Source: Promethearchaeia archaeon (GTDB taxonomy: Archaea; Asgardarchaeota; Lokiarchaeia; Sigyniarchaeales; SOKP01). From it: DNA of 13,248 nucleotides. Position numbers and translations under genes: made by a program. Shown here piece by piece: positions 1 to 7,999 of this stretch. Under the pieces are notes generated by a model. The model did no database searches. It had not been told where the DNA came from and was given only the letters and a program-made list of their open reading frames with translations. Each line of letters starts with the position of its first letter. The first letter of the stretch is position 1. Where the stretch lies: positions 1 through 13,248 of the forward strand of contig JAHQWH010000231.1 of assembly GCA_029856105.1 (NCBI GenBank), written 5' to 3'.

Positions 1-2619
1 GGCACCATGGCTAAGTACCCCTCCCGTTTCAGTGATAAGACCTCCTATTTTTGAAAATACTGGAGTCCATCCTGGATCTGTTCGAGGTACTACAAGGATC
101 TCGTTTGCTTTAACTGTAGAGATTTGATTAATAGTTCGAATTATGTGAATTTTCCCAGTAATTATTCCATGGCTTGCTGGTATCCCTTGGAAAATTGAAC
201 TATCTTTTGAGTATTTTAAAACATCGTTAAATTCGTGGGAATCTAAAAGAAATTTTGGAGGAAGATCATACTCAAATTTTAGAAAATCTCTTTTCCTATT
301 ACTGATTTCAATCTTTAATTTGGATATTTCGCTCTCATTAAATTTATGATATAATAAATCTTCAATCTCTCTTTTTTTTAGAAAAAATATATCATTTGAC
401 TCCTTTAGAATTCCTTCATTAGTCAATAGTTTCCCTATTTCTAAAAAAACCCTTCGATTTCTTGTAATCCAGCGATCTAATATAAATCTCTGATTTTCTC
501 TAAAGATTATGTATAATCGGCTTAGTTTTAAAATAACACATAAGATTTTCCATTTTATAAAACCAAATCGCTGTGATCTAATTTTATATTCAACAATCTT
601 CTCAGTTTTTTCTTGGATCTCACAGCTGGAAAATTTTTTACTAATTTTTTCATGTGTTGTTTCCGCGGTTAATGATTTTAAGATATTAAATATGTGAGTC
701 ATTGGTTTTTCACTCCAACGGGGATAATATGGCTCTCTAGTGAATCCACGATCGCCAAATTTCTTTAAAAAATTATCAAATTCTATTAGAAAATTGTGAA
801 TTTGTGAATTTTTTTCATGTTTTAGCAGGTCATAAATGTTTTCAGATTTATTATCAAGTATTATTGACTTTAAGTTAGATTTATCTTGAATTAAGGCCGA
901 TAATGAATGAATTCCCTCATTTGTTTCAGTTGTCTTATGTTTTAAGCCTGATATTAAAACGGGATAATATAGTAGTGATTCATTTTTCCCTAGAAAACGA
1001 GTTAGAAGATATTGTGTCATTAAATTCATTCCAATATTGTGAACGGGGATCCCATATCTTACTAGGCTGAAATGAGGTACCATCGCACGATTGAGATCTT
1101 CTGCAAGTGAAAATAAAGCTAGTCCATCGCTTGTATCTTCGATTTTTTTAAATTCTAAATCAAAATTTGTGCAAAACGGATTAAATATCATATTAGTCCA
1201 CTCATCGTATTTTACCGCAGTTTTAGTAGTACTACCATCCGGATCATAAAACATTACTCGAATTTCTGCAATTATACGATTCTTAATATGGAAAGGAAGG
1301 TTATAAATTGTTTCCTTACCGTAGTATCCATAACCATCTGGAAAGTAATTTAAAAGATCTTCATTTCGCAACATTTTTGGAATTTCATTTTCTACTTTAT
1401 GTTTAAGAACATTTAAATTGAAATACACATGACCATTATAAAGCTTTAAAAGCTTATTATCTATATTTTCATAGCCCAAAATACTATTAAGCTCGATATT
1501 AACAATTTTGGTTAAATTCTCGCCTAATAATTCGAAAAAGAGAGGACTAACAGGATCATTCCAATAATCGTCGCTATAGCCTCGACTCCACATTTTTTTT
1601 TCTCTGTTTTTTTGAGGACTCAATGAGGTTATAGGGCGCGATTGAAGAAGATAGATGCGATCATCTTGATCTAAAGCCCATTCGATATCTTGAGGCTTTC
1701 CTCCAAAGATATTCTCAATTTTGCTCCCAATTCTAGCAAGTTTAATAACGATTTTGTCTGAGAGAGAAGATTCCATGCTTTTTTGTTCGGAGAGGATTTT
1801 TTGCTCGATACCACTGTCACCATTAGTCTCTTTTGAAAAAGTGGCAAATTCTTTTTTTCCTATTCGTTTGTTAATGATTCTAAATACTTTTTTTCCTTTT
1901 TTAAGTATTTTTTGAACAATGTATTGATCTGGATTAATCTGGCCAGACACTAAGGATTCTCCCAATCCAAAATTGGATTCAATAAGAATTTCTGAAATAT
2001 CCGAAGTAATTGGATTAGCTGTAAATAAAACACCTGCAGATTTTGGTGATATCATTTTTTGAACAATGGTAGCAATTTTAACGCTGTTATGAGGTATCAT
2101 GTTCTTTATCCTATAAGATATTGCTCTACCAGTCCAAAGAGAGGCATAGCACTGTTTAATGTGATGAAAAATCTGCTTGAGACCTTTAAGATTTAAATAA
2201 GTATCATATTGACCAGCAAATGAAGCTGAAGGCAAATCTTCTGCGTTAGCCGACGATCTTACTGCAACATAATAAGAATCATAATGAGGATATTTAGCAG
2301 AGATTTCATTAGTGAGTTCAATAGGAAGTGGGCTACCCTCAACAGCATTTTTAATTGATTTCGCTGCTACTTCAATAGAGTCATAATCATTATCTTTGAT
2401 TTTATTTAATGAATCTTGGATAATATTATCAAGCTTATTACGCATTAGAAATAAATTGTAAGCCGAAGTTTTTATGACATATCCTTCTGGAACAGAAAAA
2501 TCTTTTGCCATTAGGAAACTCAGATTGGCAGCTTTATTGCCGATCTTTTTAACATCATCAATTGATATATCAGTAAAATTTACTGTAAAAGGACCTTCTA
2601 AAACCAAATTAATCTCCAT
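1..2619 (-). CDS. PEP-utilising dikinase, rifampin phosphotransferase/PigC-like architecture (3' end truncated by window; not in ORF track)
   Basis: Manual translation: open frame from ATG 2619 (or TTG 2607, preceded by GGAG) to base 1, 873 codons, no stop. N-terminal ATP-grasp motifs GNKAANL, VPEGY, VAVRSSANAEDLPSASFAGQYDTYL, CYASLW, VQKMI, SAGVLFTANP, ESNFGLGESLVSG, PQDIEWA, LLQSRPIT. Central domain WSRGYSDDYWNDPVSPL, FLKKFGDRG, PRWSEKP, FRENQR, DIFFL. C-terminal swivel GIPASHG, TDPGWTPVF, TETGGVLSHGA (phospho-His codon at 7-9). Confidence 0.93.
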   Translation of the reverse strand, partial: MEINLVLEGPFTVNFTDISIDDVKKIGNKAANLSFLMAKDFSVPEGYVIKTSAYNLFLMRNKLDNIIQDSLNKIKDNDYDSIEVAAKSIKNAVEGSPLPIELTNEISAKYPHYDSYYVAVRSSANAEDLPSASFAGQYDTYLNLKGLKQIFHHIKQCYASLWTGRAISYRIKNMIPHNSVKIATIVQKMISPKSAGVLFTANPITSDISEILIESNFGLGESLVSGQINPDQYIVQKILKKGKKVFRIINKRIGKKEFATFSKETNGDSGIEQKILSEQKSMESSLSDKIVIKLARIGSKIENIFGGKPQDIEWALDQDDRIYLLQSRPITSLSPQKNREKKMWSRGYSDDYWNDPVSPLFFELLGENLTKIVNIELNSILGYENIDNKLLKLYNGHVYFNLNVLKHKVENEIPKMLRNEDLLNYFPDGYGYYGKETIYNLPFHIKNRIIAEIRVMFYDPDGSTTKTAVKYDEWTNMIFNPFCTNFDLEFKKIEDTSDGLALFSLAEDLNRAMVPHFSLVRYGIPVHNIGMNLMTQYLLTRFLGKNESLLYYPVLISGLKHKTTETNEGIHSLSALIQDKSNLKSIILDNKSENIYDLLKHEKNSQIHNFLIEFDNFLKKFGDRGFTREPYYPRWSEKPMTHIFNILKSLTAETTHEKISKKFSSCEIQEKTEKIVEYKIRSQRFGFIKWKILCVILKLSRLYIIFRENQRFILDRWITRNRRVFLEIGKLLTNEGILKESNDIFFLKKREIEDLLYHKFNESEISKLKIEISNRKRDFLKFEYDLPPKFLLDSHEFNDVLKYSKDSSIFQGIPASHGIITGKIHIIRTINQISTVKANEILVVPRTDPGWTPVFSKIGGLITETGGVLSHGA

Positions 2620-2670
2620 GAAATTTTGTATATGATTTTAATTTTTAATTAAAAACGTTAATACACCTTT

Positions 2671-2691
2671 ATTTAAAGTTGTTTATAAAAG
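2671..2691 (-). promoter_or_regulatory. Candidate archaeal TATA box(es) for the dikinase gene
   Basis: Minus strand reads CTTTTATAAACAACTTTAAAT, two TATA-like elements about 50-70 nt upstream of ATG 2619. The AT-rich background limits certainty. Confidence 0.4.
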
Positions 2692-2748
2692 TTAATTTGA
2701 CCTAAACTAGAAAGAAACGAATTTATGGGAAATTGATTTTTCCTAATT

Positions 2749-2768
2749 GGAAAAATTTAAAGTTTATA
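2749..2768 (+). promoter_or_regulatory. Candidate BRE-TATA promoter of the rpl37ae operon
   Basis: GGAAAAA (purine-rich, BRE-like) directly followed by TTTAAA (and TTTATA), about 55 nt upstream of ATG 2816. A very similar element precedes the ZPR1 gene. Confidence 0.5.
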
Positions 2769-2815
2769 GTAGTTTTTATTTAAACACAACATATTAAAAG
2801 AAATTAGTGATATTA

Positions 2816-3106
2816 ATGGGTAAAACGAAAAAAACCGGTCTTTCCGCCACTTTTGGGGCTCGCTATGGCTCTAATGTTCGAAAGAAATGGAGATTAATCA
2901 TGGAAAAACAAAAAGGTGGAAATCTAAAATGTCCTCGATGCGAAACAAGAGGATCAATCAATAGAATTTCGACTGGTATATGGCATTGTAAAAAATGTAA
3001 TGCTAAATTTACAGGAGGGGCATATAACACGCAAACACCTCGAGGCGCAGAGTCCTTTAGAATAGCGAAGCGTAAACAAAGAGAATCAGAAGTAATTGAA
3101 GAATAA
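2816..3106 (+). CDS. rpl37ae: 50S ribosomal protein L37Ae (eL43)
   Basis: MGKTKKTG..FGARYG..VRKK, zinc ribbon CPRC...RISTGIWHCKKC, FTGGAY. Start moved from GTG 2807 to ATG 2816 (AGTGAT SD-like upstream; family N-terminus). Confidence 0.97.
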   Translation: MGKTKKTGLSATFGARYGSNVRKKWRLIMEKQKGGNLKCPRCETRGSINRISTGIWHCKKCNAKFTGGAYNTQTPRGAESFRIAKRKQRESEVIEE

Positions 3107-3375
3107 TGAATAAAAATAATTTTTATACTATAAAATCTACTTTAGAGCTTAAATTTAAAACTTCTAAACTGTGCGATATTTCTTATAACTCCTTTTTACC
3201 TGAATTTAATATAGTAAAATCGAGAAGATCTGCAATAACGATGAAAAAAAAGGAATATTCGTTAATATTTCAAATCGATAGCAACGATATCACTGCTTTC
3301 AGGGCAAGTATTAATGAGATAATCAGTTTCGGAAAGGTTATTGATAGTACACTAAAAATTGTTGAAAATTCGTAA
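3106..3375 (+). CDS. pcc1: KEOPS complex subunit Pcc1
   Basis: 89 aa with LPE....RS, IDSNDITAFRASIN (family pattern I.A.D..ALRA..N). Sits in the classic position before prefoldin beta, with a TAATG stop/start overlap with rpl37ae. Confidence 0.85.
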   Translation: MNKNNFYTIKSTLELKFKTSKLCDISYNSFLPEFNIVKSRRSAITMKKKEYSLIFQIDSNDITAFRASINEIISFGKVIDSTLKIVENS

Positions 3376-3395
3376 ATTTCATATTAGAAATTTCA

Positions 3396-3403
3396 TTTAT
3401 AAA
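3396..3403 (+). promoter_or_regulatory. Possible internal TATA box for pfdB
   Basis: TTTATAAA about 30 nt upstream of TTG 3431 in a 55-bp gap; GTGAT SD-like motif at 3421-3425. Confidence 0.3.
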
Positions 3404-3430
3404 AATATAAAAAATATTATGTGATTATCA

Positions 3431-3787
3431 TTGTCAATAAATTTTGAATCATTAGATGAAGAAACAAAGAAGAGATTTCAAACTCTAGCTCAATTTGGTC
3501 AAACTTTAGAGATCCTTACACAACAGAAGTTACAAATTGATAGTAATATTAGAGAAACAGAACTAGCGATAGAAAGTCTAACTGAAGCTACTCCAGATAC
3601 TCCTGTCTACAAGAGTATTGGTGGCGTGATGGTAAAAAGCACTCGAGACAAACTACTTGACGAGAAAAATTCTAATAAAGAAACTCTAACCATGCAATCT
3701 AAAACGCTTACTCAAAAAATCGAAAGAACTAAGAGTACTTTTGAGAACATGCAGAAATCTCTTCAAGAAGATTTACAAAATCAATAA
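3431..3787 (+). CDS. pfdB: Prefoldin subunit beta
   Basis: 118 aa, coiled coil-hairpin-coiled coil with E...A..E/L and VYKSIGGVMV motif; TTG start with upstream GTGAT; canonical neighbour of pcc1. Confidence 0.95.
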   Translation: MSINFESLDEETKKRFQTLAQFGQTLEILTQQKLQIDSNIRETELAIESLTEATPDTPVYKSIGGVMVKSTRDKLLDEKNSNKETLTMQSKTLTQKIERTKSTFENMQKSLQEDLQNQ

Positions 3788-3803
3788 TTTATTTAATACT
3801 TTC

Positions 3804-4811
3804 ATGCTTAATTCTAAAAAAGATGATTTTTTAAATTATTTAGAGGGAAAAAATCTCTTAATTGCCACTCACGATTCAGCTGATCTTGATGGTTTTGTGT
3901 CTGCTTTATTTTTAAAATTCTTTTTTAAGAATTTTTTTAGAAATCAAAATGTATTTTTAACATTCTCAAAATTATCTAAATATACTAAAAATTTCGTGGT
4001 AAAATTTCTCCAAAAATTTCCAGATTTTAATTTCCCTTCTAAAAATGACGAAAACTTCTCGAATATTGACATTATAGTAATAGTTGATTCAAATAATTTA
4101 GAACAAATAAAATTGCCAAGCATGGTAAATTTAGATGTCCCCTTTATTTTTGTAGATCATCATTTAGATTTAAAAAAGAATTATGAAAGAAATATAACAT
4201 CACTAAATTTAATATTTGAAAATTACTCCTCGACGGCAGAGATAATATTAGAGTTAATTGATAATTATAACTTCGACATTCCAATCCCATACAAATATCT
4301 TTTAATATCGGCAATATTAACAGATTCAGGGTTTCTTAAATATGGAAATACCGAGACTATCAAGCATTTATTAAGTATTTTGCAAAATGAAATAGATTTT
4401 CAAGACGTTCTACCTTTATTAGAGAATGAAACTGATATCTCTAAGAAAATTGCTAGCATTAAAGGGTTGCAAAGAGCTAAACTAATCCGAGTTGATAGTT
4501 GGTTAATTGGTGTTTCGCATGTTAGTAGTTTTAGCGCTACCGTTGCTTCAACTTTAATAAAAGTTGGATTTGATGTTGGAATTGTTTATACAAAAGAAAA
4601 ATCTAAGTATAGAATCAGCGCTCGAGCAAAGAAAAATGTATGTTTAAAAACGGGATTGCATCTTGGGAAAATTGTAAGTGGAATAAATAATGCAGATGGT
4701 GGCGGGCATGATGGCGCTGCGACTTTAAATGGCGAGAAGGACTTAGAAGGTAATCTTAACGAAATAATAGATAATATAAAGCGAACTTTAATTAATTATC
4801 GACCGTTATAA
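3804..4811 (+). CDS. DHH/DHHA1 family phosphoesterase (NrnA-like)
   Basis: Motifs THDSADLDG, IVIVD, FVDHH, SSTAEI, ILTDSG, RISAR, GGGHDGAA. Start moved to ATG 3804 to avoid overlap with pfdB (335 aa). Confidence 0.92.
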   Translation: MLNSKKDDFLNYLEGKNLLIATHDSADLDGFVSALFLKFFFKNFFRNQNVFLTFSKLSKYTKNFVVKFLQKFPDFNFPSKNDENFSNIDIIVIVDSNNLEQIKLPSMVNLDVPFIFVDHHLDLKKNYERNITSLNLIFENYSSTAEIILELIDNYNFDIPIPYKYLLISAILTDSGFLKYGNTETIKHLLSILQNEIDFQDVLPLLENETDISKKIASIKGLQRAKLIRVDSWLIGVSHVSSFSATVASTLIKVGFDVGIVYTKEKSKYRISARAKKNVCLKTGLHLGKIVSGINNADGGGHDGAATLNGEKDLEGNLNEIIDNIKRTLINYRPL

Positions 4812-4841
4812 ATCAAAAAGATATGTAGCTCTCCTTATATA

Positions 4842-5681
4842 ATGAGCCTAATTAAATTTAGCAATTTCCATTTTCGATACAAAGGAAACGAAGAATATGC
4901 TTTAAATAATATTAATTTAAAAATTGAATCTAATAAATTTATTTTGTTAGCCGGAGAGACTGGATCTGGAAAAACTTCGCTAATCAGATGCTTGAATGGT
5001 TTAATCCCCCAATTTTACGCGGGTCATTATAAGGGATCTGTGGAAATCTCAGGAAAAAATACTACTGAAACATCTATATCAAATTTATCTAAAGATATTG
5101 GAATTGTATTTCAAAACCCTGAAAACCAATTAATTGCAATGAATGTCGAACACGAAATTGCTTTTGGCTTGGAAAACCTTGGATTTTCGACGGATGTTAT
5201 TAAAGAAAGAATTGAGGAAGTTGTTGAAATAACTGAAATTGAAAACATAATGGATAAAGCACCTTTTGAGATTAGTGGTGGCGAACAACAACGAGTTGCT
5301 ATTGCTTCAATTTTAGCATTAGAACCTAAAATTATCGTTCTAGACGAACCTACCGCAAATTTAGACCCTTTTTTTGCTCAAAAAATAATTACTTTATTGA
5401 AAAAAATCCAAATTGAAAAGAAAATTACTGTTATAATTAGCGAACATCGAATGGATTTAATTGTCCCAATCGTGGACGATATAATCTTGATGAAAGAAGG
5501 TGAAGTTATCGCTTACGACGATAAAGATAAGATAATTAGCGATGACATTTTTAAGAATTTAAATATCAATAAACCAAAAATTTATTCAATTTTTAATAAA
5601 TTGAAAAAAAGATATTCATTTGGACAAAATATTCCAATATCGATTCAAGATGCTATTAATTTATTAAAAACTATCAATTAA
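4842..5681 (+). CDS. ecfA1: ECF transporter ATP-binding protein EcfA
   Basis: Walker A GETGSGKT, LNGLIP, Q-loop VFQNPENQL, EIAFGLEN, signature ISGGEQQR, Walker B IIVLDEPTANLD, H-loop SEHR. Confidence 0.92.
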   Translation: MSLIKFSNFHFRYKGNEEYALNNINLKIESNKFILLAGETGSGKTSLIRCLNGLIPQFYAGHYKGSVEISGKNTTETSISNLSKDIGIVFQNPENQLIAMNVEHEIAFGLENLGFSTDVIKERIEEVVEITEIENIMDKAPFEISGGEQQRVAIASILALEPKIIVLDEPTANLDPFFAQKIITLLKKIQIEKKITVIISEHRMDLIVPIVDDIILMKEGEVIAYDDKDKIISDDIFKNLNINKPKIYSIFNKLKKRYSFGQNIPISIQDAINLLKTIN

Positions 5682-5693
5682 ATTTGAAAGGTT

Positions 5694-6569
5694 ATGAAGA
5701 AAAATAACTCGTTACCTTTAGTAATGATGCATGATGTTGAATATGTTTATTCAAATGGGACAGTAGCATTAAAAAGAGTCTCTCTCAATATCAATAAAGG
5801 CGAGTTTGTAGCAATAATGGGGCAAAACGGAGCGGGAAAAACGACCTTAATTCGAACTATTAATGGCTTAATCCGGCCTACTAAGGGAGAGATCTTTTTA
5901 GAGGGTGAAAATATCGACTCTAAAACTATTGCTACTTTATCTAAAAAAGTAGGAATTATTTTTCAAAATCCTACACATCAACTATTTTCTAATACAGTTG
6001 AGGATGAAATTAAATTTTCGTTGAAAAATCTTAATTTAGATAGAGAAGAAATTCAGATAAAAGTTGATGAAGTATTAAAAGAATTTAATCTAGAAAAGTA
6101 TCGAAAACGATCGCCATTAAGCCTATCTGGCGGAGAATCAAAAAAAATAGCTGTTGCTTCAATTATATGCCGCGACCCAGAAATTTTAGTTTTTGACGAA
6201 CCAACATTAGGTCAGGATGCAAAAGAAATTAGATTTTTTGTTAAATTAATACAAAATGAATTAAAAAAGGGGAAAACAATAATTATGGTAACTCATAGTG
6301 TAGAATTTACTATAGAGCACTCCCCAAGGACTATCTTAATGAGCGGAGGAAGAATTATTGCTGATGGTCCAACAAAAAATGTTCTTACTAATGAATTTTT
6401 AGTAGAAAACTCATCGCTAGTTATGCCACAAATTTATCAACTTAGAATTGAACTTCAAAAAATTGGAATTGACGTTCCTAAAGAAGTTGTAAAGGAGCAA
6501 GAAATGATAAATTTTCTTAACAATTATTTGGAAAATAAGACAACAACTATACCCGAGGGTCGTCCATAA
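5694..6569 (+). CDS. ecfA2: ECF transporter ATP-binding protein EcfA'
   Basis: Walker A GQNGAGKT, FQNPTHQLF..TVEDEI, SPLSLSGGE, Walker B ILVFDEPTLGQD, H-loop MVTH. Confidence 0.92.
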   Translation: MKKNNSLPLVMMHDVEYVYSNGTVALKRVSLNINKGEFVAIMGQNGAGKTTLIRTINGLIRPTKGEIFLEGENIDSKTIATLSKKVGIIFQNPTHQLFSNTVEDEIKFSLKNLNLDREEIQIKVDEVLKEFNLEKYRKRSPLSLSGGESKKIAVASIICRDPEILVFDEPTLGQDAKEIRFFVKLIQNELKKGKTIIMVTHSVEFTIEHSPRTILMSGGRIIADGPTKNVLTNEFLVENSSLVMPQIYQLRIELQKIGIDVPKEVVKEQEMINFLNNYLENKTTTIPEGRP

Positions 6570-7346
6570 ATGTCTTTAGAATTTCTCAGTGCATTCAAAT
6601 TTTTGAAAAAAGAAACTTTTTTACATAATCTAGATCCAAGAGCTAAATTATTGTTAGCGATAACCTACACTATTAACGCTTTGTTGTTCCAAGAAATTGT
6701 CCCTTTAATATTAATTTTAATAACTTTACTACCAATAATTCTTTTAGGACGCTTATTTAAACAATGGTTAAGAAGTATCAAAGGAATGTCCTTTCTCTAT
6801 ATTTTTATCATTGTTTTGAACACCCTATTTATCAAGGACAGGGGGTTGTCATTTGCAATAGCCATGATTTTAAGAATTTCCATAATGATTTCAGCATTTT
6901 CACTGTTTTTCTTAACTGTCGACCCAAACGATTTGACTCTTTCTTTGATTGCTATGAAGATTTCCTATGAATATGCGTTTTCCTTTTCATTAGCTTTTAG
7001 ATTTGTGCCAACGATTGCAATAGAGGCTCAAAATATTATGGACGCTCAACAAAGTCGAGGTTATGAAATGCAAAAAAAAGGCATTATTAATCAGATAAAA
7101 AATCTATTTCCTCTCTTAGTCCCTCTAATAATAAGTTCTATAAAAAGAGCTTTTAACGTCGCAGAAGCTCTGGAATCAAGGGCTTTTGGAAGTAAAAAAG
7201 AGCGTACTTTTTATTTTACAATTAAATATTCAACCAAAGATTGGATATTTACGATATATTTGATTTTACTGTCGATTACGCTAATTTTTATCAAGATCCA
7301 CTTTATTTCAATGCCGTTATGGTTTAGATGGAGTTTACCTGTATGA
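6570..7346 (+). CDS. ecfT: ECF transporter transmembrane component EcfT
   Basis: LHNLDPRAKL N-terminal motif, several hydrophobic helices, LAFRFVP, coupling-helix Arg motifs AQQSRG and ALESRAF. Confidence 0.93.
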   Translation: MSLEFLSAFKFLKKETFLHNLDPRAKLLLAITYTINALLFQEIVPLILILITLLPIILLGRLFKQWLRSIKGMSFLYIFIIVLNTLFIKDRGLSFAIAMILRISIMISAFSLFFLTVDPNDLTLSLIAMKISYEYAFSFSLAFRFVPTIAIEAQNIMDAQQSRGYEMQKKGIINQIKNLFPLLVPLIISSIKRAFNVAEALESRAFGSKKERTFYFTIKYSTKDWIFTIYLILLSITLIFIKIHFISMPLWFRWSLPV

Positions 7347-7999
7347 TCATAAATTCTTTTAAAGGTTTGAACGAAAATCTTAAGTATTATGTAGGAATTA
7401 ATCAAATTGAGGTTGAGTCAGAAGAAATATCCTTAGAAAAGCTATTAAAATTGATTGAGGTTATACAAAAAAACCATAAAGACACTCTATTACAATTTTT
7501 CAACGAAAAGTACATTCTAAATAAAGAACATATATTTCACGCTTGTTATTTCGTTCAAAATGTTTTTTTTAATAAAACTAATATTTCAAATAAAAAAAAT
7601 ATTGAACTTTTTTTATATTTGGCTGCTAAAAGGCAAATTAAGTTAGGTCTCGAAGATTTTGGGATTAATAATTATAATATTAACAATCGTAGAATTAGTT
7701 TTTGTGTAATCTCGTCGAAAAATGACATTATGCAAATTAATTTGGAAGTAAATAAGTATTTAGGTTCTAAAGACATGAGTTTAAATTTAGAAGATCCATC
7801 TATAGAAAAATACAAAATCGTTAAAAATTATTTTAATTTTTCTAATAAGCAAATTTTAACTGTGTTAAAGTCGTATGGGATTAAACTAAGTTACATAGAA
7901 CCGAACGAGAAAAATATCGTTAATCTATTTAGAGCTTTAAACGATTTACTATGTGAAGAAATGGCTTTGTTAAGTTTAGAGAAAACGAGATCTGATTAG
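7343..7999 (+). CDS. cgi121: KEOPS complex subunit Cgi121
   Basis: HIFHA, NISN, IELFLYLAAKRQIKLGLEDFGI (family pattern E.LLY....RQI..A....G) and C-terminal EEMALL. Start likely ATG 7343 (ATGA overlap with ecfT stop, GGAG upstream), giving 218 aa. Confidence 0.85.
   Translation: MIINSFKGLNENLKYYVGINQIEVESEEISLEKLLKLIEVIQKNHKDTLLQFFNEKYILNKEHIFHACYFVQNVFFNKTNISNKKNIELFLYLAAKRQIKLGLEDFGINNYNINNRRISFCVISSKNDIMQINLEVNKYLGSKDMSLNLEDPSIEKYKIVKNYFNFSNKQILTVLKSYGIKLSYIEPNEKNIVNLFRALNDLLCEEMALLSLEKTRSD

Noticed and set aside
509-1915. Plus-strand ORFs 509-697 and 1721-1915
   Set aside because: Antisense shadows of the long minus-strand dikinase gene; no recognisable motifs.
1-2619. Calling the gene ppsA or rph
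   Set aside because: Domain order is wrong for PEP synthase, and rifampin specificity cannot be shown from motifs.
2642-2655. Perfect 14-bp palindrome TTTTTAATTAAAAA upstream of the dikinase
   Set aside because: Entirely A/T in a very AT-rich spacer, and no second copy noticed; could easily be chance.
3741-3803. N-terminal extension of the DHH ORF in the track
   Set aside because: Overlaps pfdB; ATG 3804 gives a normal DHH N-terminus.
4828-4841. CTCCTT (AAGGAG on the minus strand) just before ecfA
   Set aside because: The minus-strand frame it could serve closes after a few codons.
6764-7405. ORFs 6764-6970 (+) and 7211-7405 (-)
   Set aside because: Alternate-frame or antisense to ecfT/cgi121 with no family features.
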